Of a stretch of 64,000 nucleotides of DNA, positions 1-13,900 are shown one piece after another. Positions within the stretch are counted from its first letter, which is position 1, and each line of letters begins with the position of its first letter. The translations under genes and the position numbers were made by a program. The notes below the pieces were generated by a model. That model had not been told where the DNA came from. It saw only the letters and a list, made by a program, of their open reading frames with translations, and ran no database searches. The stretch covers positions 124,001-188,000 of the forward strand of contig JBEWZL010000151.1 of assembly GCA_045837725.1 (NCBI GenBank), in the 5' to 3' direction. Source of the DNA: Vermamoeba vermiformis (Eukaryota).

Positions 1-227
1 AAACTGTAATATTAATTGCGCGGCAAATTAGATTAACGAGGCACAGAATGTAATGGATGGGAAATTGAATAGTCTTAACCGACGCTGAAGTTTATTATTA
101 ATAATCATCCCTTTCTAGTACTTCTTTAAAATCTGTCTAACCAGAAATTTTGGCCGTATATGGTGGTGCTATTTGAAATTTTAAGCTTGGTGTTCTAAAT
201 TTAAAGCTCAGTTCCGCTTCGATGTCG

Positions 228-265
228 GTATTTACCTTACGAGGAAGTATTTACCTTACGAGGAA
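228..265. repeat. Perfect 19-bp tandem duplication (GTATTTACCTTACGAGGAA x2)
   Basis: Two adjacent identical copies at 228-246 and 247-265 in non-coding DNA. Confidence 0.9.
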
Positions 266-437
266 TCACGTGGGACAATACACCCAAATCATAAATTCGA
301 AATCACCAAAAATGGTAATCTGATAACATACTGCCCAACAATTCGTAAGATTCATTCATTTTAGTACACTACGATTTACTATTACATACAAATTGAGGCT
401 AATATTACAATGAGGTTGATCAAAATAAACGTTTTTG

Positions 438-3040
438 TTACAAGTTGATCGATTTAAGAAAACCAGATGCGATGTTTTTGTACCTCCAAATATCACCTTC
501 GAGGCGCTTAAACTTCAATCCCTTTAAGTTCTTAAAGTCCTTCATCTTCACAATCTCAATATCAAACACGATCTTCTCGGAGGTCGGATCCGATGCGTTG
601 TTGAGAAGTGTCATTTTGAACTCGTACTTTGACACTTTGTCGCATTGAAGTGAGCACTTTTGAGCAGCTGAAATGATCTTCTTTTTGATCTCTTTCGTCG
701 ACTTTGATGACGTCGTGTCGCACTTGAACGACGACGACAGTTTGAAATTTCGTTGCTCGGAGTCAAAATTTTGACTGGCTTGGCCTTCACTTGCAGCAAC
801 ATTCGACGAGTTATTCAGTGAACGGACAGTTTGTTTCGGGCTCTCTTCATGAATCTTGTTCATCGTCCAAAGGCCGGACGGATCTCGATCCAAATACGCG
901 TCAAAATTGATACTTTCGCCAGACGACGCGGTTGAGGTGCCAGAGATCGTGTTACGTTTAGCTTTTTTATCAGTAATTCTCCTCTTCATAAGCTTCTTTT
1001 GTGTGGCTTTACTGCTCTTAGTAATGTCGTTGATGATCTGATCCAGTTGTGCTTCGAATTTGTCCATCAAATTTTTGGCGTCCTGTTTGCCCTCCGCGAC
1101 AGCTTTTGCAAAGTCTCGTTCGCCCAAACTGAATTACCATATTTAGTATAGGTCCCGAGTACTCTTAAGGTACGTATATTATACTGACCTATTCTTTTTC
1201 TGTGAGTCTCGGAGGTGTCTCCGAGTGTGCACAACGGTCTCGGATAAAATTTCTTCGTTGGAAAAACTTCGTTTTAGCAACGGAGGTTGCAACACGGATG
1301 AAGGCTCGCTACTCGCTTTAGAACTATTCAGTTTGCTTATAGTAGGTGCTCTGATGCGACGACTTGGTGATAACGGTCTTCTACTTAAGCACAACTGATA
1401 CGCGGTGACAATTTGTTTGTTGTTTTTGTTCTTCAAAATATCACGGCGATTCGCTTGAGTATCGTCAAAGCCCAATGCAACGACTTCACGCATGATTTGT
1501 TCGTCGATTTGAGTCACGTGCTTGAATACTGGCACGTATGTCTCTGGTGGATTGCGATGCAACTTCAAGATCCAAGGATGAACGCGGATCTCGCTCAATG
1601 TTATTCTTTTCTTCGGATCTATTGCCAACATCCTCGTAATTAAATCTTTAAGCTCTAAAAACGATTATTAGTACTTAATTTTTGATTCAAAACACAGAAT
1701 TTTTAGCGTCGGAAATCTAAATTTTACCTTTTGAAACTTCAACGTCAAACTGAAGTCCCTGGTTAATTCTTTTAAGCATTTCGTAGGGAGTATCAGCATC
1801 AAAAGGTTGTCGGCCATTAACCTGTAAAATATTGCATCAGATCGGTTGATCCGAAAAATTTCAGATGCGGAAGATCTACGACCCTAGATCTGACTTACCA
1901 AGCAGTACAATATGACACCAAGGGCATATATATCTACCGGAGGACCTCCATATACTTGCCCATGCAAAATTTCCGGAGCCGCTAATTAATATAAACGGAT
2001 TAATAAGCAATTAATTTGTGATTCAAAAATTTCACGTGTTTCGATTGACTTACCGTACAGGAGACTGCCGCAAAACGTAGTAAATTTTTGGGGAGTAATG
2101 AAATTAGCCAAGCCAAAGTCAGTAATTTTAATGTTATCTTCATCGTCCAAAAGCAAATTTTCAGGTTTCAGATCTCGATGAACGATCAAATTGAAGTGAC
2201 AGTACTCGAGCGCTGAAATTATCTAAAATATTATCCGTTAGTATAATTTTCGATACTAGGATTCACATAATTAACGGCATCGTGGCGAACACGCTCATTG
2301 AATTGAAATTTACGCATCTAGCTACATCCAAAAATAGCGAGCGGAACGAAGGAAAAACTTGCCTGTCTTACGAATTTTCTTGCAACAAGTTCGGTCAATC
2401 TGCCGTTAGACACAATAAATCCAAATAATTCGCCGCCGCTAACATATTCAAAGACCAAATAAGTGATCTGTTTGTCTTCGTCTTCAATAATCTCGAGCAA
2501 CTTGACAATGTTTGGATGGTTCAACATCATCAGTGCTTTTTTCTCTCGTTCAATCATTTCGATTTCACGTTCATTTTGCGCTTTGTGGTGCTTCATAATT
2601 TTAATGGCGACCTAAAGATCCAACGATAAAGTTTAATTTATGACGCGCAATATGACATATCAAAATTACAAAAAGTCGATTAAAAATAACATAATAAAGT
2701 ATTATTATTATTTGCGAATGATATCGGTGGTCTCTTTTGCTAGATCTGGTCAAAAGCGTACCTGAGTTCCAGTATGCGGATCCACAGCCAACTTGACCGT
2801 TCCAAAAGCACCGCGACCAAGCAGTCTAATCACTTCATATCGACCAATAGTCTTCTTTCCACCAGTCAGACTCTGGTTGCTCGTTTTAAGCTCAGCTGCG
2901 CTGTGGTACAGTTCTTCTCGATGGTACGGTGAAGACGACATCCGGTTTGATTTTTTTTCGCTGAAGAAGCTAGAGCGAGCTTGTGTTGTAGTCCCTTCGA
3001 GGTTAAAATTATAATTTAAATTGATTTTCGCCGCAGACAT
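438..3040 (-). CDS. Kin1/Par-1/MARK-family (CAMKL) Ser/Thr kinase with C-terminal KA1 domain, multi-exon
   Basis: Spliced ORFs give [23 protein letters not shown] and [12 protein letters not shown], a UBA-like segment and a KA1-type C-terminus (FDIEIVK...[13 protein letters not shown]). The start could be 3040 or 2941. One intron (2223-2362) has a GC donor. Confidence 0.88.
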
Positions 3041-3681
3041 CTTTATACTTTTTCGCTGTTGTGCACCTGCGGAATAATTTTCTATGTAAGTCAATGATGT
3101 GATATCAAGCGCGGATTCAGCGCGAGATTGTGGTGAATTATATATAGATTCGGCTGTGTTAATCCGTGATACCGATGAGATTTTTTGTGTTCTGCTTTGG
3201 TATACCTTCCAGCGAATTTGCGGAGTTACTTAAAAGTCCGAGTAAAAATAAAATTTGGGCTGTGCACCATCACTTGTACGGGATTAACCATCTGAGGCAC
3301 TATTTGGGTCAACAGATAATGGCCAAAGCCTGAACCGCAATTAATTACGACCGGCTAAATATCAAATCCGCATCTGAAATATCGTTAGTTAAATTTATTT
3401 CCCCGTTTTGACATTATATCTCCCTTCTAGTCTGTCAAAACCAATTTTAGAGGAGAGTTTTCGATTTTTCTAAAAATGTAGAAAGGAACTACCGCCACAT
3501 CCCCTCAACAACTTACCGTTCACCAATTAGCCGATGTTTTCTACAACCTGGAGACCTTAAATCTCGTTTGCCATGGTTGAATAGTTTAAACATTCACAGT
3601 TTGCTGCCATAGCTGTGTTACGCACTTCAAATACGCAAACGAGTTAATGAATCGTTCAGATCAAAAACATTTATTGTACAA

Positions 3682-6016
3682 TTACAGTTGAACCATGGAT
3701 AAAAAGTATGCTACGAGGTTCTTATAAAGCCAAATATCACCTTCGAGACGCTTGAATGTGAGTCCTTTCAAGTTCTTAAAGTCCTTCATCTTCACGATCT
3801 CAATGTTGAAAACGATTTTGGCCGAGACTGGCTGCCCTTCTCCATCATTTACATATGTCTTAGTAATCCTCAGCTCGTACTTTGACATTTTGTCGCATTG
3901 AAGTGAGCACTTTTGAGCAGCTGAAATGATCTTCTTTTTGATCTCTTTTGTCGACTTTGATGACGTCGTGTCGCACTTGAACGAAGACGATAACTTGAAA
4001 TTTCGTTGCTCAGAGTCTCTACTCGTCGAGGAGTTAGCGCATTCAACTTCCAAAGGTCGACGTAAAGGCGACATGTCACGTGTTGATCCGTCAAAGTCGC
4101 TGCAATGTTTCCAGCTCGAAAGTTCTGAGCTATTGACTTGGGCATTGACTTGACTATTTGCTCGCTTTCTATTAGCAAAGTCTCTTTGCGTCACGTCACT
4201 GCTTTTCATCAGTGCTTTAATGAGTTGACCGAGTTGGGCATTCGCGTCATTCGGCGCAAGTGCCTCATCCGAGTCATGCTTTCCCATCGAGTTATTGGGC
4301 TTGCAACTGAAAAATTTACATTAATTATTGGTCATTGATAACTAATTTTAACTCCTTACCTTGATTGTTGTGCGTCAAATTGATCCTCGCGGGACCCACT
4401 TCGTCGCAATTTGGAAACTAGTGTATTAGTCTCTGCCATGCTATTCAATCTTTTTCTAAGAGGAGACGACTGGCCCTGCGCCAAGCAACTCAAACAAAAC
4501 TGGTAGGCCGTTACTACTTGTCTCGGCTTGTTCTTCAAGATGGCTTGACGGGCGGATAGCGAGTCTTCGTACCCCAATGCTACAACTTCACTCATAATAG
4601 ATTCATCGATTTGAGTGACTGGCACGAACTTTGGAACGTATGAGGTAGGCGGGTCTTCGTAACCTTTCAGGATCCAAGGGTGGATTCGGATCTCAGAAAG
4701 GGTTGCTCGCTTTTTCGGATCAGCCGCCAACATCTTGGTAATTAAATCACGAGCATCTAGTATAAATAATTATTAGTATACCGTTTCGTGAACCGATAGC
4801 ATTGCAAAGATTACTAGCCTACCTTTTGACACATCCGCTTCGAACTGTAATCCCTGATTTACTCGCTTAATCATTTCATATGGAGTGTTGGCAATGAATG
4901 GCTGCTTTCCGTTGACCTAATTCACATTATCAATCGTTAATTTACTAGTTCACTGATTATCGGCACGCTGAAATTTCGTTCGATAATTTGACTTACTAGG
5001 CAGTATAATATGACACCAATAGCGTAAACATCGACAGGAGGGCCTCCGTAGCTTTGTCTCTGCAATATTTCTGGTGCAGCTGATAAACTAACGTTAAAAT
5101 TGATTCGCCGATGGAAGGCACGCAATTATACTAATTTAATGTCATAATTTTTGACTTACCATACAAGAGACTACCGCAAAATGTTGAAAACTTCTGAGGA
5201 GTAATAAAATTAGCCAAACCAAAGTCGCTAATCTTGATATTGTTGGCCTGATCCAAAAGAAGATTTTCAGGTTTCAGATCTCGATGCACGATCAGGTTGA
5301 AATGGCAGTATTCAAGCGCCGATACAATCTACATATTTATATATATTAGTATTGGTGGATTAATTCCGCAGTGCGAAAACCAAAAATAGAAATGTATTTT
5401 TAGAATTCAAAAAAGGAAAGTTCAATAACTCACCTGCCGAATAAACTTTCGGGCAATAGACTCACTCAATTTACCATTCGTTACGATGAAATCAAATAAC
5501 TCGCCGCCGCTAACATATTCAAAGACCAAATAAGTGATCTGTTTGTCTTCGTCTTCAATAATCTCGAGCAACTTGACAATGTTTGGATGGTTCAACATCA
5601 TCAATGCTTTTTTCTCTCGTTCAATCATTTCCATCTCTCGTTTTGACTGCGCTTTTTTCCGTTTCAAACTTTTTATCGCAACCTCAAGATCCAAAATGTG
5701 AACGCGTTAGTTCGTTTTACTATTATAATCGCTTATAATATTATATATGCTTCTTCCAATATATATTCATTTATATTGTTTGGTATATTTTCCGCTCCTT
5801 TTGCAAGGATTAACTCTAAAGGCAGAAATGGCTTACGTTTTGGCTATTGCGCGGATCCAATCCCAATTTAACACTTCCAAAGGCACCACGACCGAGTAAT
5901 CTAACGACTTCATATCGGCCGATGAACTTCTTCGTTGGAATATCCTTTTGCAAACTCGGATTAATTACGTTATTCTTTTCGGTCGTGAATCCGGTCTTCA
6001 GAGTAACAATAGCCAT
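3682..6016 (-). CDS. Kin1/MARK-family kinase with KA1 domain, tandem paralog
   Basis: Same motifs and matching intron positions as 438-3040; KA1-type C-terminus [13 protein letters not shown]. Confidence 0.88.
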
Positions 6017-6869
6017 TTCGTGTTGTCTTCGCGTGTGGGTATCGTGTCGTTCATTAAAATTTTAATTCAATCTTTTTCGGTTTTTTTGTGTTTTAGGCAG
6101 AATCGCGCTAGAAACTTCATCCATTAAATTTGTTTTGCAGGTGCTTTGCGGAGATTTATGGTGTGCGGTTGAAAATCCACCGATGACGTCAAACAAGCTA
6201 AATATAGACCAATATCCGTTTGCGAAGCGATAAATCGCTAAATATGTTCCGAGGTTAGATGAACAATCGGGTATTGGTTTCTTTGCGATCCATCTTTTAA
6301 CTCTGATTTTAGTTCTCGCTAATTATTATAGTAATGTTAGTAGACTATTGATATGTAGTCTATTGCAATAAGGGAGGCTTTGATTTACCAATCCCAATCA
6401 CCAAGAACAAAATTTCGTAGCCGGGGCGCAAATTAATTATAAGCATAGTAAATTTAAAATTAAACTAGTTGCCAATAATTGGTAGGTCGGTCTATTAATG
6501 ACATACTATTCTATTTCTGAGGCCGATGTCAGGACAATCCGGTAAATAGAGAATAAAATTAAATTAGTCTGTGTTGCAGAAGCGATATTATTAATATTAT
6601 ATTATCGTTATTTACCAGTAAATTAATTATTTGCTCCACATGAAGGTCAAACGACTGAGCAACTAATTTTTCAATAGCAAAGTAAATACTTCTAATCTAT
6701 AATAAAGTACAAATACAATATACGAATCAATTACATACTAATTGTCAGCTCATCTCTTGTTTTTACATTTTGGCGCGAAAATACCGTGGTCGATTTAACA
6801 TAAAATCTCTCTGGCCTCGGGGTTTTTCGACCCCTAAGTGTCATTTTTTGCAAGTACTTATTATACATA

Positions 6870-8331
6870 ATGGAAGAGAGCAATTTTAATACTGAAAGAA
6901 CGGAGTTAATTCCGGTACTACCACCTGAACTCTGGACCCAAATCCTGGATTGGAAGGATCTTTATCTTCGAACCGTCTCCAAATTATTCTATTCCATTAT
7001 AAATAAATTCCAGAATTACGATAAAATTAGCTTGACTCAAAACTTACAAAATATAGCAAAATGGCGTAAGTAAAGCAAAAATTATTTTGTAAAAATTATT
7101 AAATTAATTCCTATTCGTTTTATTACTCGTAAGTAATGTTATAATTGATGCTTATATTTAGGAAAATCTAATAGAACCACTTTAACACCAGACTGGGATC
7201 CTCGAAAATTAAAGTAAAATCAAAATATTTAATGCCACAGCTTAACAATTTCTTTCAAGCGCATTAATCGTTAATTAATTTTCTTAGAACTCCTAAATAT
7301 CGATACTTGTCCACGGGTGAAAGCGAAGGACACAATTTTAACAAAATGACGATCAACGTACTGGCCGCCGGCGAATCTAAAATAGGAATTACATCGTTAT
7401 ATCAAGCCATAAGTGTAATATAATACTACCGTTATTATAATTTGTTCTGACTAATATTTTTTAGAGCCGACAAGGAGTTGCAGATCCGATCCAACATAAA
7501 AATGCCCAATCCGTACGAAGCGTGCATCAGTCGTTTCAATACTAACATTTATATTAGATTAAATTTAAAATACACGTGGAAGCTATTAAAAAGACGTTAG
7601 AAATCGTTTTGGTAAGCCAAATCCGAGGTTAACTTTCGATCTCCGGATCAAGGACCCTTATTATTAACGATCATCATATTATTATAATTATTAATGCCTA
7701 TCATATTCTTATTAGAATCCCGAACGATCAATGTATTTGGTTTCAATGCACGTCTTGTTATTGTGTTTCAGTTTTGACGACCGACACAGCTTTACAGCGC
7801 TGATGAACAAGTGGGTGAAATCTTATTACAAGACCTGCAAAGCTAGCGCGCATGTATTTATTGTGGGATTGAAAGCTGATACTCCTGGCGAACGGCGTCA
7901 AGTTTACACTTTGGTACATCCGGTACGTAACCGTACTTTTCCTTCCGAAACATACGTATTATATCATTCTATCTATATATTGAAATTAATATACTGTATT
8001 TATTTAATTTCTAATAAGATTTGTGCACAATACGTAAGACCGGAAGCAAATTTTAAACAAAATACTGGATGCGGATCGGCACATCCAGCTTACTTTCCGA
8101 TTGGAACGTTAAACAATCAATACGCTATATATTTACTCATATTTTTTAATATAGTCGGAGCCTAATTACCTCGAAGTGTCAGCGAAAGAATACACTAACG
8201 TCGATACATTGATGGATCTGATCGTGAAGTCGGTTTGTGCACAAGAATTGAATTGGCGCGAAAATATTACTAGCACTTCGTCTAAGAACAATAATATTAA
8301 AGATGAAAAAAGGTGCGTTATTGATCGATGA
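6870..8331 (+). CDS. F-box plus Rho/Ras-like (pseudo)GTPase fusion protein, copy 1
   Basis: N-terminal LPPELWTQIL...LRTVSKLF (F-box). Later exons give INVLAAGESKIGITS (G1-like), LLCFSFDDRHSF...W, IVGLKAD (G4) and YLEVSAK (G5); ends KRCVIDR*. Confidence 0.75.
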
Positions 8332-9081
8332 TTGGAATTTGGATCGGATCTGCATTAGCTTATCGAACCATTTTATTAATACAGTATTATTGATACATTT
8401 CTTACGACCAGTTAGTTTGGATCATCCTGTCATATGCTATATTTGGTGATTTGGTTCAGTTCGAGAAGATCCGGTCGGACCATCCGTGAATCTGCTTTGC
8501 CGAAGACTACACCAACATCGCGAATTAATGAACCAGATTGTCACATTAACTTGCGCTAAAGATTTGAAAAATAATAGCAAGAAGGAGTGCATTGTTAGTT
8601 AAGACAATAGACCGGTTGGGATCAACAAGATCAATCGTCATAAGCCACTATCATTGACAACTGTCATACAGAAAGTAATATTATATTATCGATGTAATCG
8701 CTAATAAAAAAATTAATATAATATTAGATAATGTGATGAATCGTGGGTCGCGGTTCAGTCGCTAATTAATAATGACCAATTTTAATGTTTTACCTTTTAT
8801 GCATTATTTGATATAAACAACACCGTTCATTACAATAATTATAGTTTACAACGTATATAACGAGCGGAAAATTGGCAAGAACGGATGCAACATTAGATAG
8901 CACTTCTTTACGATCATCAGATTTTGGTTTCGAGTACCGAACTTTTCAGGCGAGAGCAATGATTTGCATTCTCAGAATTATTTTCCGAGAGATTTTTGCG
9001 GAGAATAAATCCGCAGGAAAACTCATCAAGGTCGGACAAAAAAGTTAATTTCCTTATCTTTTAATTAAAAAATCTAACACA

Positions 9082-10559
9082 ATGGAAGACAATATGATGA
9101 TCGAAGTCCCTGAAGATTCAGTTCTATCATTGCCACCAGAATTATGGTCAATAATTGTTTCGTTTTTGGATGTACGAAGTTTACGACTTAGAAGCGTAAA
9201 CAAATTATTCAACCGCGGACTAAAAGATATTAAAAATTATGATATGATCGCGCTAGGAGAGCTTTTAGACAAAATCGAGAAACGAAGTAAGCAAAAAAAA
9301 ACGGATCGTAAATTGGAATTGCTGTCCTAAATTCACGCGAAAAAATTAAAAAAAATCGGAATTAATTATTTTATTGCGTAGAAGCTGCTTATGAAATCAA
9401 TAAGCTTTGGCATCAGGACGAACTTCAACCAAGGCTAGATCTTGTGACTTTAAAGTATGTTAAAGGTTAAGTTTTGTTTACCGTAATGCCCGATTGACCT
9501 AATAATTTTTATTTATTATATAGAGCTCCAAAATGGCGTTTTTTATCTGAAGACGAAGCACATGGCAAAACTTACGAAGTGATAAATGTAGCAGCTCTTG
9601 GCGATCCCAAAATAGGAGTTACGTCGTTGTTTCGTGCGATAACGGTACTTAAATATTACTTTAAAATATGTATGAAGCTATAATATTATTTATTAGGAGC
9701 AAAAAGGCTATCAAGATGCAAATCCGGCGTCGCTCGGAAAACGCTGGGTACGAAATGGAATTCTAAATCTGATCTCTACCGGAAGCTAATCTATTATTAT
9801 TAGTTCTGGGAATTTAAAATACTAGTGGATGATGCGTATGTAGTTAAATTTACGATGGTAAGTCCACAAATAAAAATTCGAATTTTCAACGAACGGATCT
9901 GACAATTTTTATTTATTTTGCAGGCAGACGTAAGTCCGTATAAAGGCACTATAAGGATATAGAATAATAATATTATTATATTAGAACGTTGAAACGAAGT
10001 ATTTAGCCACCTTGAAGGTCGTTTTATTTTGCTTTAGTTTGACGGATCGAGCCAGTTTTGAATCCATTCGGAAAAATTGGTACAAAATTTATCTCGATTA
10101 TTGCGACATTAATGTGCTTCCATTCTTCGTTGGACTACGTTCTGACGTTCCGATTGAAGATCGATCTGTTTTTGCTTTCCGACATCCGGTACGTGAACAT
10201 TTTTTTTCATACAATTGCTATAGAAATCGTCATAAGCATAATAGTTACTCATTATATTGTTTTACGTTCGAAATTTAATCCATTTTTGGAAATTATAATA
10301 ATAATTTTTTTTGATCTGGATGTGCATCCGGATCTAGCAATACTTTTTCATTTAGTCAAGGGCAGAATATATCCTATAACACATGTTCTAACTTTATATT
10401 AACTAGAGCGTACCGAACTACGTTGAAGTATCAGCGAAGGATCACAGCAACGTTAACAAATTGATCAACGAGATTGTGAAGTGTACGTACGCGCAGCATG
10501 TCAAACGTCTGGAAAAAGAGGCGCCGAAGAAAGAGGATAGCGGCTGCATCGTCAGTTAG
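9082..10559 (+). CDS. F-box plus Rho/Ras-like (pseudo)GTPase fusion protein, copy 2, with C-terminal CaaX
   Basis: LPPELWSIIVSFL...LRSVNKLF (F-box); VAALGDPKIGVTS; LFCFSLTDRASFESIRKNW; VGLRSD; YVEVSAK; ends GCIVS*. Confidence 0.78.
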
Positions 10560-10983
10560 TCTATTTAATATATTATTGCTCAACTGCTGGTCGACGAGAG
10601 GATCACGTAGAGCAACAATGTAAAAACTTTAGTCGGCGAATGAATTATCAGCGTTGTGTTGAAAATACTTAATTTAAAAACCTAGATTACTTTCACTTTC
10701 CCAGCGTTAATTGTGGCAAAAAAACTATCCTATGTTTGACCGAGTCAACCAAAGTCAAACGGGTTCGTCTTTCTTTCCGTGCAATTCCAAATACATTACA
10801 AGTGGCAAAAAAGTTAATTCTGAATAGAATTATGTGTAATCCAGGACATCGAACATCATTTAAGAACTTAATTTCTATGCTAGCATATATTAGCATTTTA
10901 CTTTAATTTACATCGTACAAATTTGGTTTCTTACTATTTACATCTTCGCATGATATTTATAATTATAGAACCTATATATTATA

Positions 10984-13900
10984 TTATTTACCGTTCTTCT
11001 TCTTATCCTTTTTTTTGTCTTTTTTATCTTTTTTCGCCGCTTTATCAATATTCTTTTGCTCTTCATCTGCGTCTTTATTATGATGCCGTCTGTGTCGCCC
11101 ATGATGATGATGTTGTCGCGGGAAATGATAGTGATGGTGATGATGGTGGTAATGCAAATGTTGGTGTTCGACGTCATAGTACTGTCCTGTTGTATAATGT
11201 TCCGCTGACGCAAACATTATTCCGCCGCCAGGCACCTCAGGCTCGTGATCGCTGTGATGTTCTTCCGCTGCAACCGGCGGCTGGACTGCCGGGCGAGATC
11301 GCTCGGAGATTGAATTAGCACGTGATCGTCCACCAGGGCCGTCAAGGGAATTTCGCCGATTAGGTCCAATCTCGATCGATCTCCTACGGTTAGCAGGTCC
11401 GTTGTTATCGATCGAACTTCTCCGCGAGCCTTCAATTGACACCCGCGATGGCGCGTCAAGTGAATTTCTTCGAATCATGTCGATAGAGTTTCTTCGAGAT
11501 TGCGATCTCGAGGTGCCTTCGCGTGGTTTGTCGAGTGACGTGCGTGTCAAAGTCACGACATCAGCTTCTTTGTTAATGATCACCGTGGGGACCTGTTTGC
11601 CTTCTTCGTTCTCTTCCATCAATACAACATTTTCGACGGAAAGTTCACTGTCTTCAAGATCCAGCTTTTCCATAGCTTTTTTTCTTCGTTCAACGTGTCG
11701 GCCCATGCGTGATTTAGCTTTACCTTCGTATTTTTCTTTCTTTTTGTACTTTCTGCCGTAATGTTTGATCATCACTTCTTCCATAATGCCAAGTTTGGTC
11801 TTCTCACCCACATTAATACAGATACTGTAATTATATATGCTAGCCGGGAACAATATGAACATATTGATAGCTGAAATAACGGTGGGGATTACTGTCCAAT
11901 ACCTAAATTTGGTCAAAAATCGTTAATTACCAAATTAGGAAAAGTCGCGTAAAGTGACACTCACAAATCGATTTGAATGACGCCGGCCCAAACGAAGACA
12001 ATATTCGCCATGTAAATCGCTTGGAAGAATAAAATATTTTGCAGCAAGTAGAAAAAGAAGCTCGGCGAATGACACCAAAATAAACTGTTGCTGCCTTTGG
12101 TCTTCTTAATTTTGCAGTTGTTTTTGCCCTTGAAGCACGGCAAAACGTACTTCGAGATCCATCTTAAATCCGATTGATGCTTAAATTCCGCTAAATTACA
12201 ACGCTATTAATATCTATCACAAGCTTGCGTATGAAATTTGAAAATTGAATCTCGAATCCGGATTTGGATTTGGATGTGACTTACTGTCTTTTCGACCAGA
12301 CTTATGATGGTGGTGGTGGTGATGATGGTGATGATGGTGCTGCACCAATAACTTTTTGCCACCAGGTAAGCTCGTTTTCAAAGCAGTACTGAGATGCAAC
12401 TCAACTTTTTTCTCTGCATCCATCGACGGGGAACTAGGTGCTTTTGTAACGATTGTAGTGCTTACTTTAAGCGATTGAGGTGACTTAGGATCAGCAGGCT
12501 TGTCTTCTTTTTTCGGCTCATCAGCTGCAACCGTCTGTTGAGACAACTTTGTTTCCGCTACAAAAAAAAAATGTTAGCGCAAAATTAGGCAAAAAATAAA
12601 ATTGATAAAATTTAAATGAATTTATGTCAGTCGTACCTGAAGAGTCTGTTTTGAGCTCCAATGAAGGCTTAGAGACGTGTTTATGTTGTTTCGTCTTGAG
12701 TCTTTGCAATCGATATCGTCGCTCATCATCACCGTCAAACGGCTCAACATCAGAGTCGCTATCATGTCGACGCCTTCTTTCTTTGCTCCTATATGATACG
12801 TGCATTAGTTCATCACACAACATAAAAAAGGTGATCCAGATCTGGATCGGATCCGCAAGTTGAACCCATGATTCAAATGCCCAATACTTACTTGCGGTAC
12901 AAATTAGGACTGTGAATTGGACTAGAGCTCCGACTTGATTCAGGGCTTGACGTACGGCTCGTGCTGGGACTGTCAGAGACAGCATCAAGTGCCATTTCTG
13001 ACTCGCTCCACGACTCGCTTTTGTCAGATGCGTTTTCAGTCGCACGCAAATTCTTCGAGATTTTGCGCTCAAAGTAGTCTTCATAGTCGCTAAACTCATT
13101 ATCGTGATCAGAATCAGAGTCGTAGTTGACTTGTTTTGACTGTGGCATGGTCGGAGATATTTTGATGATCACCTCTTTTTTCGGCTCAGGCGACGCTTTA
13201 GAAATTTCCGGAGATTTCGGGGCTTGCTTTGCCGAAGCAGGAGACGGCACCTGCTTAACATCTTTGGGCTTCTATAATTAAACAGATTAATACCTAAGCG
13301 AAAAATATCCTTCAAAGTGACCAACTCGCGCTACTTTTTGTTTGCATTTTTTTATCGGTTTTAAGAATTATATTACTATTGCAATATAACTTACGTTATC
13401 AGGCGTTTTTGCGGGAGATTTAGGAACAGGTTTCAAATCTTCAAGTGGATATGACCCTCGTTCTTCAGCGTCGTTTCTGAAAGTCCAAGATCTACGAGAA
13501 TAACTGCTTGCTGAAGATTCATCCTCGTCATCGGAATCCATTGACATTGAATCTCGTACACTATCTTCTTGCCTTAATTTATTCTCCTCCTCGATTTCTT
13601 CGTTGTCACCGGATCCTCCTCTTTCCTTTTTCGGAACAACAGCAATTATAGTCTCTTTAGGAATAGTAGCTGCATCAGCGCCTGCATCGACCATGGCCTG
13701 CTCTTGAATAGTGATTTTAGTGTCTTCAATGTTCATTTCAGCCTGCACAATCTCTTTTTCAATGTCGTCTTTGCCACGTGGTTCTTTTGACAGAATTTCT
13801 TTGCTTCGTTTCAGCTTGTTCAGCATTAATTTACTCTTAGCGTAGATCAATATGTTGAGGAATAATATAAGGCCTCCTAAAATCATCAAAGGCGTCTAAA

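Noticed and set aside
228-265. Direct repeat as a CRISPR-like or mobile-element signal
   Set aside because: There are only two abutting copies with no spacer, so this is a simple tandem duplication.
10923-11761. Overlapping ORFs around the MLO-like C-terminus
   Set aside because: They are alternative-frame products of low-complexity His/Lys/Arg codon repeats.
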